A stretch of DNA of 50,819 nucleotides from Candidatus Bathyarchaeota archaeon (lineage in GTDB: Archaea; Thermoproteota; Bathyarchaeia; Bathyarchaeales; Bathycorpusculaceae), in the NCBI GenBank assembly GCA_003133625.1, contig PKYH01000027.1, forward strand, positions 15,266 to 66,084. Reading direction: 5' to 3'. Shown piece by piece: positions 1-9,315 of the stretch (positions are counted from its first letter, which is position 1; each line of letters opens with the position of its first letter). A program made the position numbers and the translations under genes. The notes beneath the pieces were generated by a model that saw nothing but the letters and a program-made list of their open reading frames with translations, had not been told where the DNA came from and ran no database searches.

Positions 1-228
1 TGAAATGTTAGGGTTCTCCAAAACTTTGCCTGCCAAATACATGACGCCGACACAGTGTTCAAAGCGTGTATGGTTGGCGCCTGGATAAACGTATTCTGAA
101 CCTGCCAGTTGCCTCAATCGCCTTAGCCGCTGCATTGGGTGCGAATCAATAATGTTCTTTTCTGTTTCGGTAATGTACACGTACCCGTGTACGGGATCCT
201 TTATTTCTCCCCAGTAAGCCTTAGGCAC
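1..228 (-). CDS. HD-domain phosphohydrolase (dNTP triphosphohydrolase-like), N-terminal part only; the gene runs off the left edge
   Basis: Not in the ORF track because it is truncated. The reverse frame ending at nt 1 reads (M)PKAYWGEIKDPVHGYVYITETEKNIIDSHPMQRLRRLRQLAGSEYVYPGANHTRFEHCVGVMYLAGK. This is the QRLR..Q....YPGA.HTRFEH..GV pattern of HD-domain dNTPase-like proteins. Start is GTG at 226-228 or TTG at 232-234. Confidence 0.6.
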   Translation of the reverse strand, partial: MPKAYWGEIKDPVHGYVYITETEKNIIDSHPMQRLRRLRQLAGSEYVYPGANHTRFEHCVGVMYLAGKVLENPNIS

Positions 229-296
229 AAGCAAGCCTCGCAGTTGTAAGTTATATTTATGTGTCTCCCTATAATGTGTAACGCTAACCAGCCGAG

Positions 297-905
297 TTGA
301 AAAGCATGGGTAAGAAGGGCGTTTTCATCTGCATCGAAGGCTTAGACGGAAGCGGAAAAACCACACAGGCAGTTCTACTCACCGAAAGGCTTTACAAAAG
401 CCACAATGCAATTTACACTGCAGAGCCTAGCCACGGCAAAACGGGCACTTTCATCCGAGAATGCTGCCTTTATGAGAAAAAACGCTTGCCAACAGCCGCT
501 GAAGCACTACTTTTTGCCGCAGACCGCATCGAGCACATAGAAAACGAGATAAAACCCGCTTTAGCCGAGGGGAAAATGGTAATCTGCGACCGCTACATTT
601 ACTCGTCTTTAGCTTACCAAGGCAGTGCAGGCCTCAGCTTGGACTGGATTAAGACCATTAACTCTCATGCTTTGCAGCCAGATTTCGGCATATTTATCGA
701 TGTATCTCCAGAGCGGGTGCTGGAGCGTTTGCAAAGAAAGAAGTCTGTGATGGAAACCTTAGAAACACAGCAAAAAGTTCGAGAAATTTACATGAAGTTC
801 GTTGAGAAAGGTGAACTTATCAAGATTGATGGTGGCAAACCCAAGGATGTAGTAGCCGACGCATTGTATTCGAAAGTTTTGAGTTTACTTAAAACTGTCA
901 CATAA
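297..905 (+). CDS. tmk: thymidylate (dTMP) kinase
   Basis: P-loop IEGLDGSGKTTQ, a DR(Y) box (ICDRYIYSSLAYQG), about 200 aa. The ATG at 306 (MGKKG) is a plausible alternative start. Confidence 0.85.
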   Translation: MKSMGKKGVFICIEGLDGSGKTTQAVLLTERLYKSHNAIYTAEPSHGKTGTFIRECCLYEKKRLPTAAEALLFAADRIEHIENEIKPALAEGKMVICDRYIYSSLAYQGSAGLSLDWIKTINSHALQPDFGIFIDVSPERVLERLQRKKSVMETLETQQKVREIYMKFVEKGELIKIDGGKPKDVVADALYSKVLSLLKTVT

Positions 906-937
906 TCATTGAAAAAAGAAAAGTGAGGGTTTGCGGT

Positions 938-2071
938 TTAGTCTTCTCTCCACTTGAACAGTCTAACTGCCAGAACGAAGATTACGGCTGTTATCACTGC
1001 AACGACAGCAAGGTCAATTATTGCTCCCATGTAGTTTGCGTAAACCATGACGTTGTTTAAGCCCTCAACTATGTAGAATAGTGGCAGCACGTGTGCGATA
1101 CTTTGTAGGTAGGTTGGCATGATGCTAATGGGGAAGAAGGTGCCAGCAAGGAACATCATCGGAAACGTCACTATGTTGCCTATTACGCCTGCAGTTTCAG
1201 GGTTCTTTGTTACGGTTCCAACGAGCATGCCCAGTGAAGCGAAAAGCATTGGCCCCAGAACTAGGAAAGGTATAAGCCAAACGGTTAACGCCACATGAGC
1301 GCCGAATGCGAAGATTCCCACGCCGACCATGAGCAGAAAGCTTGCGATAGTCAAAACGATGTACCACAGCACTTTAGAGGCTAGCCACTCCATTTTTGTA
1401 AGCGGTGTAAGAGACAGTTGCTTGAACAGTTTCGTCTTCTTGTACTCCGAGGAAATGTTAACCAGAGAGAACATTGGGCTTACAAGTATGGAAAAACCAA
1501 TCAAGCCTGGAATCAGGAAGTCAATGTACTTTGTTTGCTGCGTATTGACAGTTGCCGATGTTATACCTATAATCGCTGGGGTAGTGTCATTGTATTTTCG
1601 CTGGAAATAGTTTAGGTTGAAATAGTTTGCATATCCATTAACTGTTCCACTTACGATGCCACTTGAGCTTGATGCCGGATTACCGTATACAGTCAAGTTT
1701 ACCGGATGGCCTGCCAAATAGTTAGCTGAGAAGTTTTCGGGAATAATAATACCGTCAGATGATGAATGATCCGCTAGGTACTTTGAAAAGTTCTCAGAAA
1801 CATCCACTGTTATGACTTTGATTGTGGTAGAACTGTTGAGAGCGTTCAAAAACTGTGAAGCAACATCCATTTGTGGTGCAGCGAACGGGCCAGTGTCTTG
1901 GTTTTGCGTATAAACATTGATTGTTCCAGAGCTGTTCCCAGAGAAAATTGCGCCAAAAATCAAGATTAGAATAACTGGGAATATTAATCCGAAGAATAGT
2001 CCAAACTTGTTTCTTAGGTATCCACGACTAAATACTTTGAAATCTGAAAAGATTCTTTTTCCACTAACCAT
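938..2071 (-). CDS. ABC-2 type transporter permease
   Basis: N-terminal TM helix, a long extracytoplasmic loop, then about 5 C-terminal TM helices. Lies directly downstream of the ABC ATPase gene on the same strand with a 22-nt gap. Confidence 0.8.
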   Translation of the reverse strand: MVSGKRIFSDFKVFSRGYLRNKFGLFFGLIFPVILILIFGAIFSGNSSGTINVYTQNQDTGPFAAPQMDVASQFLNALNSSTTIKVITVDVSENFSKYLADHSSSDGIIIPENFSANYLAGHPVNLTVYGNPASSSSGIVSGTVNGYANYFNLNYFQRKYNDTTPAIIGITSATVNTQQTKYIDFLIPGLIGFSILVSPMFSLVNISSEYKKTKLFKQLSLTPLTKMEWLASKVLWYIVLTIASFLLMVGVGIFAFGAHVALTVWLIPFLVLGPMLFASLGMLVGTVTKNPETAGVIGNIVTFPMMFLAGTFFPISIMPTYLQSIAHVLPLFYIVEGLNNVMVYANYMGAIIDLAVVAVITAVIFVLAVRLFKWRED

Positions 2072-2093
2072 TTTTTAGCGCCTCTGTTGATTA

Positions 2094-3053
2094 TTAGGTC
2101 TGTCTGCTTTTGCTTTCATCGTTCTCAATGGTGATTTCGCCATGCTCATCCACTCTTCCACTGACAAGCTTAACGAAAACGTCGTCTAAGCTGTCACGGC
2201 GTGTCTGGATTTCTCCCCAGTCCATTTTTGATTGTTCAGCAGCTGCCAAAGCTGCTAGTGCATCGATTTTCTGTTTGAGCGGTATACTAATTACGCTTCT
2301 ATGCCTGTCGTACTCAACTTGTAGTTCAGTGTTTGCTTTGATATAATGAGCTAATTGTTCGGTTCCGTGAATTTCAAGTCTTTCTCCTGAACCGTGCTGC
2401 GCAATGATTTCATCTGAGGTTCCCATAGCAACGATGTGTCCATGGTTCATGATGGCTACTCTGTCACATAATTGCTGCGCCTCGTCTAGGTAATGAGTGG
2501 TTAAAATTATCGTTTTACCCTTAGCCTTCAATCCCCTAATCACATCCCAGATTGCCCTTCGCGCGTTCGGATCCAATCCAGTGGTGGGCTCGTCAAGAAA
2601 GAGCAGTTCAGGAGTGTTCACAAGTGAGAGAGCAAGCCCTGTTTTCTGCTTTTGTCCTCCTGAAAGGTTGTCGAAGTTAACTTTAGCGGAATCCTCAAGC
2701 AAGACTTCCTTTAAAATCTCATCTGGATCAACTTTAACGTTGAAAAGGTCAGCGTAATATATTATTGCTTCCCTTGGGGTTGTTTTTTCAAAGAAAGTAA
2801 ACTCTTGAGGTATAACGCCAAATTTCTTGTGAAGTTCATAACCATTTTTCCAAGGGTCAAGACCAAGAACTTTTATGTCTCCGCCGTCCTTTTCTCGCAA
2901 GCCTTCCAAAATTTCTATAGTGGTGGTTTTTCCTGCGCCGTTTGGACCTAAAAGACCGAAAACTTCACCTTTGTTAACTGTGAAGGAGATTCCATCTACT
3001 GCTTTCAAATCTCCATAGCACTTTTTGAGGGAAGAAACTTCAATCGGAATCAA
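2094..3053 (-). CDS. ABC transporter ATP-binding protein
   Basis: Walker A GPNGAGKTT, ABC signature LSGGQKQK, Walker B LLFLDEPTTGLD, H-loop TTHYLDE. Confidence 0.92.
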   Translation of the reverse strand: MIPIEVSSLKKCYGDLKAVDGISFTVNKGEVFGLLGPNGAGKTTTIEILEGLREKDGGDIKVLGLDPWKNGYELHKKFGVIPQEFTFFEKTTPREAIIYYADLFNVKVDPDEILKEVLLEDSAKVNFDNLSGGQKQKTGLALSLVNTPELLFLDEPTTGLDPNARRAIWDVIRGLKAKGKTIILTTHYLDEAQQLCDRVAIMNHGHIVAMGTSDEIIAQHGSGERLEIHGTEQLAHYIKANTELQVEYDRHRSVISIPLKQKIDALAALAAAEQSKMDWGEIQTRRDSLDDVFVKLVSGRVDEHGEITIENDESKSRQT

Positions 3054-3194
3054 TTACATTTTGCTCCTGTTTTTTGTTTCTTTTATAAGGCTGCCTTGTC
3101 TTTTGCCTTTTCGCGTTTACGGAATTACGCTGTTAGAGATATAATTTTCGGCTATAAAATAAATATCTCTCGCTGCCTTTCCATTGCATGGAAA

Positions 3195-3704
3195 CTAGGG
3201 GTTTGATTTTTTCAAAACTTTCCTTTTCGCGGCTTCATTTATTTTGTTAAAAATAAATAGTGCCAAATCTTCAGGCGAAATGTATCTTGGGCCCCTTTCA
3301 TGGAAAACTTGAATTTCAAAAGCGTCTTTGCTAAAGATGGTTCGGAGCAGGTAATAATCAAACTTTAATGCAGTCTTCTTTTCTGCATTGCCCTTGTAGT
3401 AGCGTATGGCACAGAAGAAATCCATTGTATGTAAACGCTCTTTCTCAAGCAAATTAAGTGTTCTTCCAAGCTCTTCTTCATCTATGTAGTTGAAGCTTTT
3501 AGCCTCAGCCAAGCCTAACTCGAAAATTAATTTGCATTCTGGTATGGTTGGATTAGCGACTTCTTCAAAACTGAATTCCTTTCGGTTTACATCATAAAAA
3601 ACTTGGATTAGCTTTTGTTGAAGTTGCTTGCTCGAGAGAGTTGAATTAAAACTCTCAACCATGTGAATGTTTGAGGGGAAATTTTCATAAAAACCCAGCG
3701 TCAC
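3195..3704 (-). CDS. hypothetical protein
   Basis: 169-aa ORF with ordinary composition. No motif I can name. Sits 11 nt downstream of the next gene on the same strand. Confidence 0.5.
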   Translation of the reverse strand: MTLGFYENFPSNIHMVESFNSTLSSKQLQQKLIQVFYDVNRKEFSFEEVANPTIPECKLIFELGLAEAKSFNYIDEEELGRTLNLLEKERLHTMDFFCAIRYYKGNAEKKTALKFDYYLLRTIFSKDAFEIQVFHERGPRYISPEDLALFIFNKINEAAKRKVLKKSNP

Positions 3705-3715
3705 GACATTCCTGC

Positions 3716-4081
3716 TCAGGCTTTCTTAATTTTCTGTATTTTATCGAGGCTGTTTAGCAATTCAGATAGTGCACAGGTGAGTTTTTGAAGCTCTTCCACG
3801 TTTTCGGTTTTTTCAATTTTGCCTTGTATGTCCTCTACTTTCGTTAACAGTATTGCTTCAAGTTTATCGTAGGCTGTGCTGGTTGCGGCTTGTTTGGGTG
3901 GTTCTTCGCCTTCTTTAACTATTATTACTTTTTTTTCATCCTTTGCGCACCATAAAGTGCCATCTTTTAATCTGAAGAGTGGGGAAGCGCAGACTGGGCA
4001 TGACAGGTCGGTTAAAGTGGCGCCTTGCCGTAGCAGGTTTGCCATTCGTTTAATAGGTGTATCTTCTGTTTTTTGTTGCAT
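3716..4081 (-). CDS. zinc-ribbon protein, UPF0148 / autoantigen-p27-like
   Basis: CPVC...(x12)...WC zinc-ribbon-like segment (LSCPVCASPLFRLKDGTLWCAKDEKKV) followed by a coiled-coil tail. The family assignment is from memory of archaeal UPF0148 proteins. Confidence 0.6.
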   Translation of the reverse strand: MQQKTEDTPIKRMANLLRQGATLTDLSCPVCASPLFRLKDGTLWCAKDEKKVIIVKEGEEPPKQAATSTAYDKLEAILLTKVEDIQGKIEKTENVEELQKLTCALSELLNSLDKIQKIKKA

Positions 4082-4121
4082 TTAGAACCCCAAAGTAAAT
4101 ACGTATCAATACTTATATAAC

Positions 4122-4439
4122 TTGGTTACTGCGAAAATTGCAGGTAGGTCGTGCCCATTTATGGTTCGAAAGAAAAAAGCTGAAGAATATGAAGCCAAAA
4201 TTAAGCAAGCGTTAGCAGTGCTTGCAGAGGTTTCCGAGGACAGCACAACGCCAAGAAACATCAGGCGTTCCGCAAAAGACGCCTTGAATGCCCTGCAAAG
4301 CCATGAATATACGCCTGCAGTGAGAGCTTCAAACGCCGTGTCGCTTCTTGATGAGATTCTGCAGGACCCAAATATGCCGCCTTACACACGGGTTAAACTT
4401 TGGAACGTTATGAGTTTTATTGAAGCTATAAAAGACTAA
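4122..4439 (+). CDS. UPF0147-family small helical protein
   Basis: Contains TPRNIRRSAKDALNAL, reminiscent of archaeal UPF0147 proteins. The ATG at 4161 (MVRKKK, 92 aa) is the more likely start than the TTG at 4122. Confidence 0.6.
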   Translation: MVTAKIAGRSCPFMVRKKKAEEYEAKIKQALAVLAEVSEDSTTPRNIRRSAKDALNALQSHEYTPAVRASNAVSLLDEILQDPNMPPYTRVKLWNVMSFIEAIKD

Positions 4440-4512
4440 AAAGCCTTCAACAAGCTTTTGTTTAGTTATTTTTAGAGAAAGCGTTCGTATCGCTCACGCT
4501 TGCTTCTCAGTA

Positions 4513-4983
4513 TCATTTAGCTTGTTTAGCCAGCTTCTTTTCTTCCTTATACGAGTAAGCGCAATGTATACAGCAGAACGCTGTCTCCCTGCCATCGATG
4601 ATTTCTCGGTAGCCGCCTTCATAGACTTTGCACCCACAGTGGACGCAGACGTAGAGGCTTGGTTCAATAGCGATTGCTACTAGCTCGGCAAAGCGTTTGA
4701 AAAGACCAGTGCATAATTCTCTTCCTTCTTGTGTCAACTCATAAATTTTTCTTTCTTTTTCCCCTACTGGTTTTATTTTGTGTTTAACTAAGCCTTTTTC
4801 TTCTAGTTGCTGCAGGAACGGGTAAACTAGGCTTGGGCTCACTTCTTTTTTGACTCTTTTTTTGAATCTGCTTATTATGCTATAACCGTGTGTTGGTCCT
4901 TCGTAGAGTATTGTTAGTATATAGAAGCGTGAGAAGTCGGAGATTAATTCATCCATGTTTTCTGGTTTTGTATTGTTGGGCAT
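4513..4983 (-). CDS. PadR-family transcriptional regulator with a C-terminal Cys-rich (TRASH/YHS-like) metal-binding tail
   Basis: PadR winged-helix pattern YILTILYEGPTHGYSIISRFKK ... YPFLQQLEEKGLV. C-terminal CVHCGC...FCCIHC cysteine cluster. Confidence 0.8.
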   Translation of the reverse strand: MPNNTKPENMDELISDFSRFYILTILYEGPTHGYSIISRFKKRVKKEVSPSLVYPFLQQLEEKGLVKHKIKPVGEKERKIYELTQEGRELCTGLFKRFAELVAIAIEPSLYVCVHCGCKVYEGGYREIIDGRETAFCCIHCAYSYKEEKKLAKQAK

Positions 4984-5158
4984 GTTTTTGTTCTTGCATA
5001 ACTAGTGTCTTTATTATTATAAATGTTTTTTAGATATATCTCAAAAATACCTATGCAGTATGCAAAATAGCATCTTCAATCTGCTCCTATGCTACACGCA
5101 CTAACAAATATATGCCACCTGTTACATGTAACTCTGGGTTCCAAGGGGGACATGCCCT

Positions 5159-6541
5159 ATGAAATATGACGTAATAATCGTGGGTGCAGGACCGGCAGGC
5201 ATCTTCTCAGCGCTAGAACTAACAGAGAAAACAAACTTAAACGTCCTAATACTCGACAGAGGAACAGACATAGACAAACGCAAGTGCCCATCCAGCAGAG
5301 GGTTCGAATGTGTCCATTGTGAACCATGCTCAGTTCTTTCAGGCTGGGGTGGAGCAGGCGCTTACAGTGATGGAAAGCTAACTCTGTCAACAGAAGTTGG
5401 TGGTTGGCTAAACCAGTACGTTTCAACCAAAGAGCTCCAAGCCCTAGTAAAATACGTAGACAGCATCTACCTAAAATTCGGGGCAAGCGAGCAAGTTTAC
5501 GGAGGAGACGGCGAAAAAGTAGATGAAATCGACCGCCAAGCGTCACTTGCGGGTCTTAAACTTATCAGGCAAGAAGTTCGCCACATGGGCACAGAAAAAT
5601 GCCGAGAAACGCTACAGCGAATGCGCAAAGAACTCAACGGCAAAATCACATTCCGACCAAAAACAGACGTTAAAGGATTAATCGCTGAAAACCACCTCAT
5701 CCAAGGAGTAGAAACAGTTGACGGCGAAAAAATCCAAGGCAAATATGTTATAATTGCTCCTGGCAGAAGCGGAGCAGAATGGCTCAAAACAGAAGCCCAA
5801 GTCCGCGGATTAAAAACCGTAAACAACCCAGTTGACATAGGCGTTAGAGTTGAAGTTTTAGCTTCAGTCATGGAGAATCTAACCAAAGTGCTTTACGAGC
5901 CAAAACTGGTTTATTACTCTCGTCTCTTCGATGACCAAGTCCGCACCTTCTGTGTCTCACCATACGGCGAAGTAACGACGGAATCCTACGATGGCGTCTT
6001 AACAGTTAACGGTGGAAGCTATGCTGAAAGAAAAACCGATAACACAAACTTCGCCATCCTAGTCAGCACTTCTTTCACAGAACCTTTCAAAGAACCTATT
6101 GCTTACGGCAAATATGTTGCCCGCCTTTCAAACCTCTTAAGCGGAGGAGTAATGGTTCAGCGCTTAGGCGACTTAGTCACTGGACGACGCTCAACACCCG
6201 AACGCTTAGCAAGAAGCGTAGTTACACCGACATTGAAGAATGCTACGCCAGGAGACTTAAGTTTCGTTTTGCCCTATCGTTACCTATCAGACATACGTGA
6301 AATGCTTCAAGCCCTAGACGTGATAGCGCCAGGAATCCACTCAAGAGACACGCTGCTCTACGGCATAGAAGTCAAATTTTACTCTTCACACCTGCAACTA
6401 ACCAATGCGTTGGAAACCAAAATCCAAAACATGTTCACCATCGGCGACGGTGCAGGCGTAACCCGTGGCTTAATTCAAGCTTCATCTTCAGGCGTAATCG
6501 TTGCGCGGGAAATCTTGAAACGTGAACATTTGAAGGCGTAA
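5159..6541 (+). CDS. FAD-dependent oxidoreductase (COG2509-like)
   Basis: N-terminal dinucleotide-binding motif YDVIIVGAGPAGIFSALEL, C-terminal GDGAGVTRG, 460 aa. Architecture resembles uncharacterised FAD-dependent dehydrogenases. Confidence 0.8.
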   Translation: MKYDVIIVGAGPAGIFSALELTEKTNLNVLILDRGTDIDKRKCPSSRGFECVHCEPCSVLSGWGGAGAYSDGKLTLSTEVGGWLNQYVSTKELQALVKYVDSIYLKFGASEQVYGGDGEKVDEIDRQASLAGLKLIRQEVRHMGTEKCRETLQRMRKELNGKITFRPKTDVKGLIAENHLIQGVETVDGEKIQGKYVIIAPGRSGAEWLKTEAQVRGLKTVNNPVDIGVRVEVLASVMENLTKVLYEPKLVYYSRLFDDQVRTFCVSPYGEVTTESYDGVLTVNGGSYAERKTDNTNFAILVSTSFTEPFKEPIAYGKYVARLSNLLSGGVMVQRLGDLVTGRRSTPERLARSVVTPTLKNATPGDLSFVLPYRYLSDIREMLQALDVIAPGIHSRDTLLYGIEVKFYSSHLQLTNALETKIQNMFTIGDGAGVTRGLIQASSSGVIVAREILKREHLKA

Positions 6542-6543
6542 AC

Positions 6544-7290
6544 ATGGATACTGTAGCCCAAGAAATCAGGTGCAGCCATTGCGGCGCTCCAGTAGAATTT
6601 AAACCAGGAGAAATCATTGCTACCTGCAAATACTGCGGCTTCACAACCGTCATCGAGACAGGACAAACATTCACGTTTGAGCATTCGCTTATTCTGAACA
6701 AGTTTGATCAAAAAAGTATAGATGAGCCCATTCAAGCTTGGTTGCGCGGCGGATTCTTGAAACCAGGCGACCTCGCTAGGAAATCAAAGATTACCGAGAG
6801 GAACCTGGTTTATTTGCCGTTTTGGGTGGTTTCCGTAGAGGCTAAGAGCACTTACAAGGGCATATTCGAACGTATAGCCCCAGCCATAGTTAAAGAGGGC
6901 ACAATAGCCAAGGAATATGAATGGCTGGTTTTGGCACGGGAAGTTTCTGGTTTCCCCACGCATGAATACGAGGTTCCTTTGGAAGGCAAAATCCCCTTTG
7001 ACTTCCGCAAAATCGAGGGCTTTGCCAAACTACTTAACAGCGAAATCGACCGTGACGCCGCCTTGGAACTTGCCAAGCAACAAATCGAGGAGCACAATCG
7101 CTTCCTTCTCCAGCAGGATGTAGATAAAATAGTTGAGATGAAAACGGAAGTCACTCTGAAACAGATGGTCTATTTGCACGCGCCCATCTGGTTTATAAAA
7201 TACGAATACAAAGGCAAAGATTACCAACTGACGATCGAAGGAACTGCTGGAACAGCCTTAAAAGGCGACATACCATCTTCCAGATTCTAA
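6544..7290 (+). CDS. zinc-ribbon protein (YdjG-like architecture), function unknown
   Basis: N-terminal CSHCGAP...CKYCGF zinc ribbon. C-terminal APIWFIKYEYKGKDYQLTIEGTAGTALKGDIP motif. Start is 2 nt after the preceding stop. Confidence 0.6.
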   Translation: MDTVAQEIRCSHCGAPVEFKPGEIIATCKYCGFTTVIETGQTFTFEHSLILNKFDQKSIDEPIQAWLRGGFLKPGDLARKSKITERNLVYLPFWVVSVEAKSTYKGIFERIAPAIVKEGTIAKEYEWLVLAREVSGFPTHEYEVPLEGKIPFDFRKIEGFAKLLNSEIDRDAALELAKQQIEEHNRFLLQQDVDKIVEMKTEVTLKQMVYLHAPIWFIKYEYKGKDYQLTIEGTAGTALKGDIPSSRF

Positions 7291-7358
7291 GCTTGATTTG
7301 CTCCAACAAACTTTAAAAGCGACTTTTCATTATCAACGAATACTAAAAAGGCGGAGAA

Positions 7359-7901
7359 ATGAAAATGAGCGAGAAAAACGATGTATATTCAGACGTAAAA
7401 GGTCAAATGCGCCTTTCTGAGCGCATAGCCGCGTTCATTCCAGGTTTCCACGGCTACAAAGAAAAGGAACTGCGCCGAGAAAGCGACAAGCTAATCAGGA
7501 ATCACCTGTACCTGAAACTGTCCATTGAAAAGACCGATCTAAGGGAAATTTCGCAGAAGTTGGCTGACCGCCGCTACTTCGACGTCTTGACCGATATGGA
7601 TCGCCTATTAGCTAAGATGGATCGCGTCGTTGAGAAAGTTAATCATGCGTCTTACGGGTACAGCGGCTTTTTTGACGCTGTTAAAGTCAGAGAGGAAAAC
7701 CTTGACCGTATGATAGATTTCGATAATCAGCTTCTAGAAGGCATAAACGCATTGGCTACTGAAATCGACGCTTTTAAAGCGGAATTAGCCAGCGGCGTAA
7801 CTGCGAACCTGAAGACCCGGGTTCAGAATGTAACCGACAAGCTTGAAAGTTTAGAGGACACGTTTGATAAACGTGAAGAAGTAATCTTAGGAGCGAGTTA
7901 A
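7359..7901 (+). CDS. coiled-coil / helical hypothetical protein
   Basis: 180 aa, charged and helical-looking with heptad-like stretches. Its stop abuts the start of the SPFH gene (7903). Confidence 0.55.
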   Translation: MKMSEKNDVYSDVKGQMRLSERIAAFIPGFHGYKEKELRRESDKLIRNHLYLKLSIEKTDLREISQKLADRRYFDVLTDMDRLLAKMDRVVEKVNHASYGYSGFFDAVKVREENLDRMIDFDNQLLEGINALATEIDAFKAELASGVTANLKTRVQNVTDKLESLEDTFDKREEVILGAS

Positions 7902-7902
7902 C

Positions 7903-8889
7903 ATGCCACAAGTAATAGAATGGACAAACGCTGGCCCAGAGGACGTAATTTGGAGGTACCCAAACGAAGACATTACATGGGGCGCCCAACTTATCGTGCA
8001 TGAGTATGAAATGGCAGTGTTCTTCAGGGACGGCAAAGCCTACGACGTTTTCAATGCTGGCAGGCACACGCTGACAACGTTGAATTTGCCTTTGCTTACA
8101 GGTTTGCTGACGCGTCTGGCAGGGTTCGGTAGCAACAAGCCGTTTAAAGCGGCAGTCCTCTTCATCGCCACTAAAGTTTTCAATGGCAAATGGGGTACAA
8201 GTGCACAAACCACTGAGTTGGCTCCACTCAAAGTGTTTGGGCAATTCCTGTTCAAAATCGAAGATGCTTCGCTGTTTGTGAACGAAGTCGTCGGTGGACA
8301 AAACGCTTACACAACGGAAGACGTTAACAACTTCCTACGAGGTTTCCTTAACGAAAAGATAATTGGAGAACTTTCCCACTACGACTTGATCACGGTCTTC
8401 ACTAGGCTTCAAGAGACATCCGTGATCGTTAAAAACTCGGTCTTAGATTACTTCAAACGCGTGGGCATCGAGCTAACAGACTTACGTTTCGAAGGCATCG
8501 ACACCACACCTGAGTACCGTGAACGGCTGTTTTGGCTTAAAACTGGAAGCACCCCAGCAGACACAGTCTTGCGCATGGAAACGGTGAAGAGCGCAGCGCG
8601 GTCTCTAGGTCAATCAGGCGGTGGCGGCGGAGCAGGCTTAGGCACGGGCATGGTGCTCATACCTCAAATTATGAATCAGCAAGGTCAGGTTCAGGCACAA
8701 GCACCCACAGCTGCACTAGTGATTTGCCCCAAATGCAGCGCGCATGTTCCAGCTACATCAAAGTTCTGTCCAGAATGCGGAACTTCTCTTACGCCTCCCT
8801 CAGCCGCCACAATGAACTGTCCCAAATGCGGCCACTCAATTCCTGCGAGCTCCAAGTTCTGCCCCGAATGCGGTGCAACACTATCGTAG
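7903..8889 (+). CDS. SPFH/band-7 family protein with two C-terminal zinc ribbons (COG4260 / YdjI-like)
   Basis: N-terminal IEWTNAGPEDVIWRYPNEDITWGAQLIVHEYEMAVFFRDGK is typical of the YdjI-like SPFH branch. A Gly-rich linker follows, then two CPKC...CPECG ribbons. Confidence 0.8.
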   Translation: MPQVIEWTNAGPEDVIWRYPNEDITWGAQLIVHEYEMAVFFRDGKAYDVFNAGRHTLTTLNLPLLTGLLTRLAGFGSNKPFKAAVLFIATKVFNGKWGTSAQTTELAPLKVFGQFLFKIEDASLFVNEVVGGQNAYTTEDVNNFLRGFLNEKIIGELSHYDLITVFTRLQETSVIVKNSVLDYFKRVGIELTDLRFEGIDTTPEYRERLFWLKTGSTPADTVLRMETVKSAARSLGQSGGGGGAGLGTGMVLIPQIMNQQGQVQAQAPTAALVICPKCSAHVPATSKFCPECGTSLTPPSAATMNCPKCGHSIPASSKFCPECGATLS

Positions 8890-8901
8890 GATGGCATAGC
8901 A

Positions 8902-9249
8902 ATGTCTGAAAGCAGACGGCAACTGCTCTCAATAGGCGTTTTCTTCATAATCGCGGTAGTCGCCATACTTCTCTATGCGGCGAAGGTGTTCGCAGACTGG
9001 CTGAATATTTTCCCTTTAATCTTCGTTCTGTTTGGAGCATGGCTACTAATCCTCGCCGCCATCAGAGCTCAAAGCCCGCAGAAATACGAACGCGAGCCAT
9101 TCGGCACACTGGAAATGGGCGTGATTCTCATGGCTTTAGGCGGTGCTTGGTTCCTGTTCAGGACAAGCGCTCTTTACTCGTTAGCTTTGATACTGCTTGT
9201 GCTCGGCGCCATAGCCATCGTTGCAGCCCTGAGACGAAAGAAACCTTGA
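8902..9249 (+). CDS. small integral membrane protein (3-4 TM helices)
   Basis: 115 aa, almost entirely hydrophobic helices, basic C-terminus RRKKP. Lies 12 nt after the SPFH gene. Confidence 0.6.
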   Translation: MSESRRQLLSIGVFFIIAVVAILLYAAKVFADWLNIFPLIFVLFGAWLLILAAIRAQSPQKYEREPFGTLEMGVILMALGGAWFLFRTSALYSLALILLVLGAIAIVAALRRKKP

Positions 9250-9315
9250 GCCTTTTTTCTGCTCTAAACATTTTTTTATCTCAATGCACAGTCATGATGC
9301 AGAAGGCAAGCAGTT

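Noticed and set aside
5157-5886. The antisense ORFs 5157..5546 and 5497..5886. The same applies to many similar listed ORFs inside strong genes, for example 1329..1615, 2110..2757, 28455..29023, 37561..38375, 40296..41171, 42555..42879 and 46598..47050.
   Set aside because: They are shadow ORFs on the opposite strand or in other frames of genes with clear family signatures. Their Leu/Arg/Ser-rich composition is typical of antisense frames.
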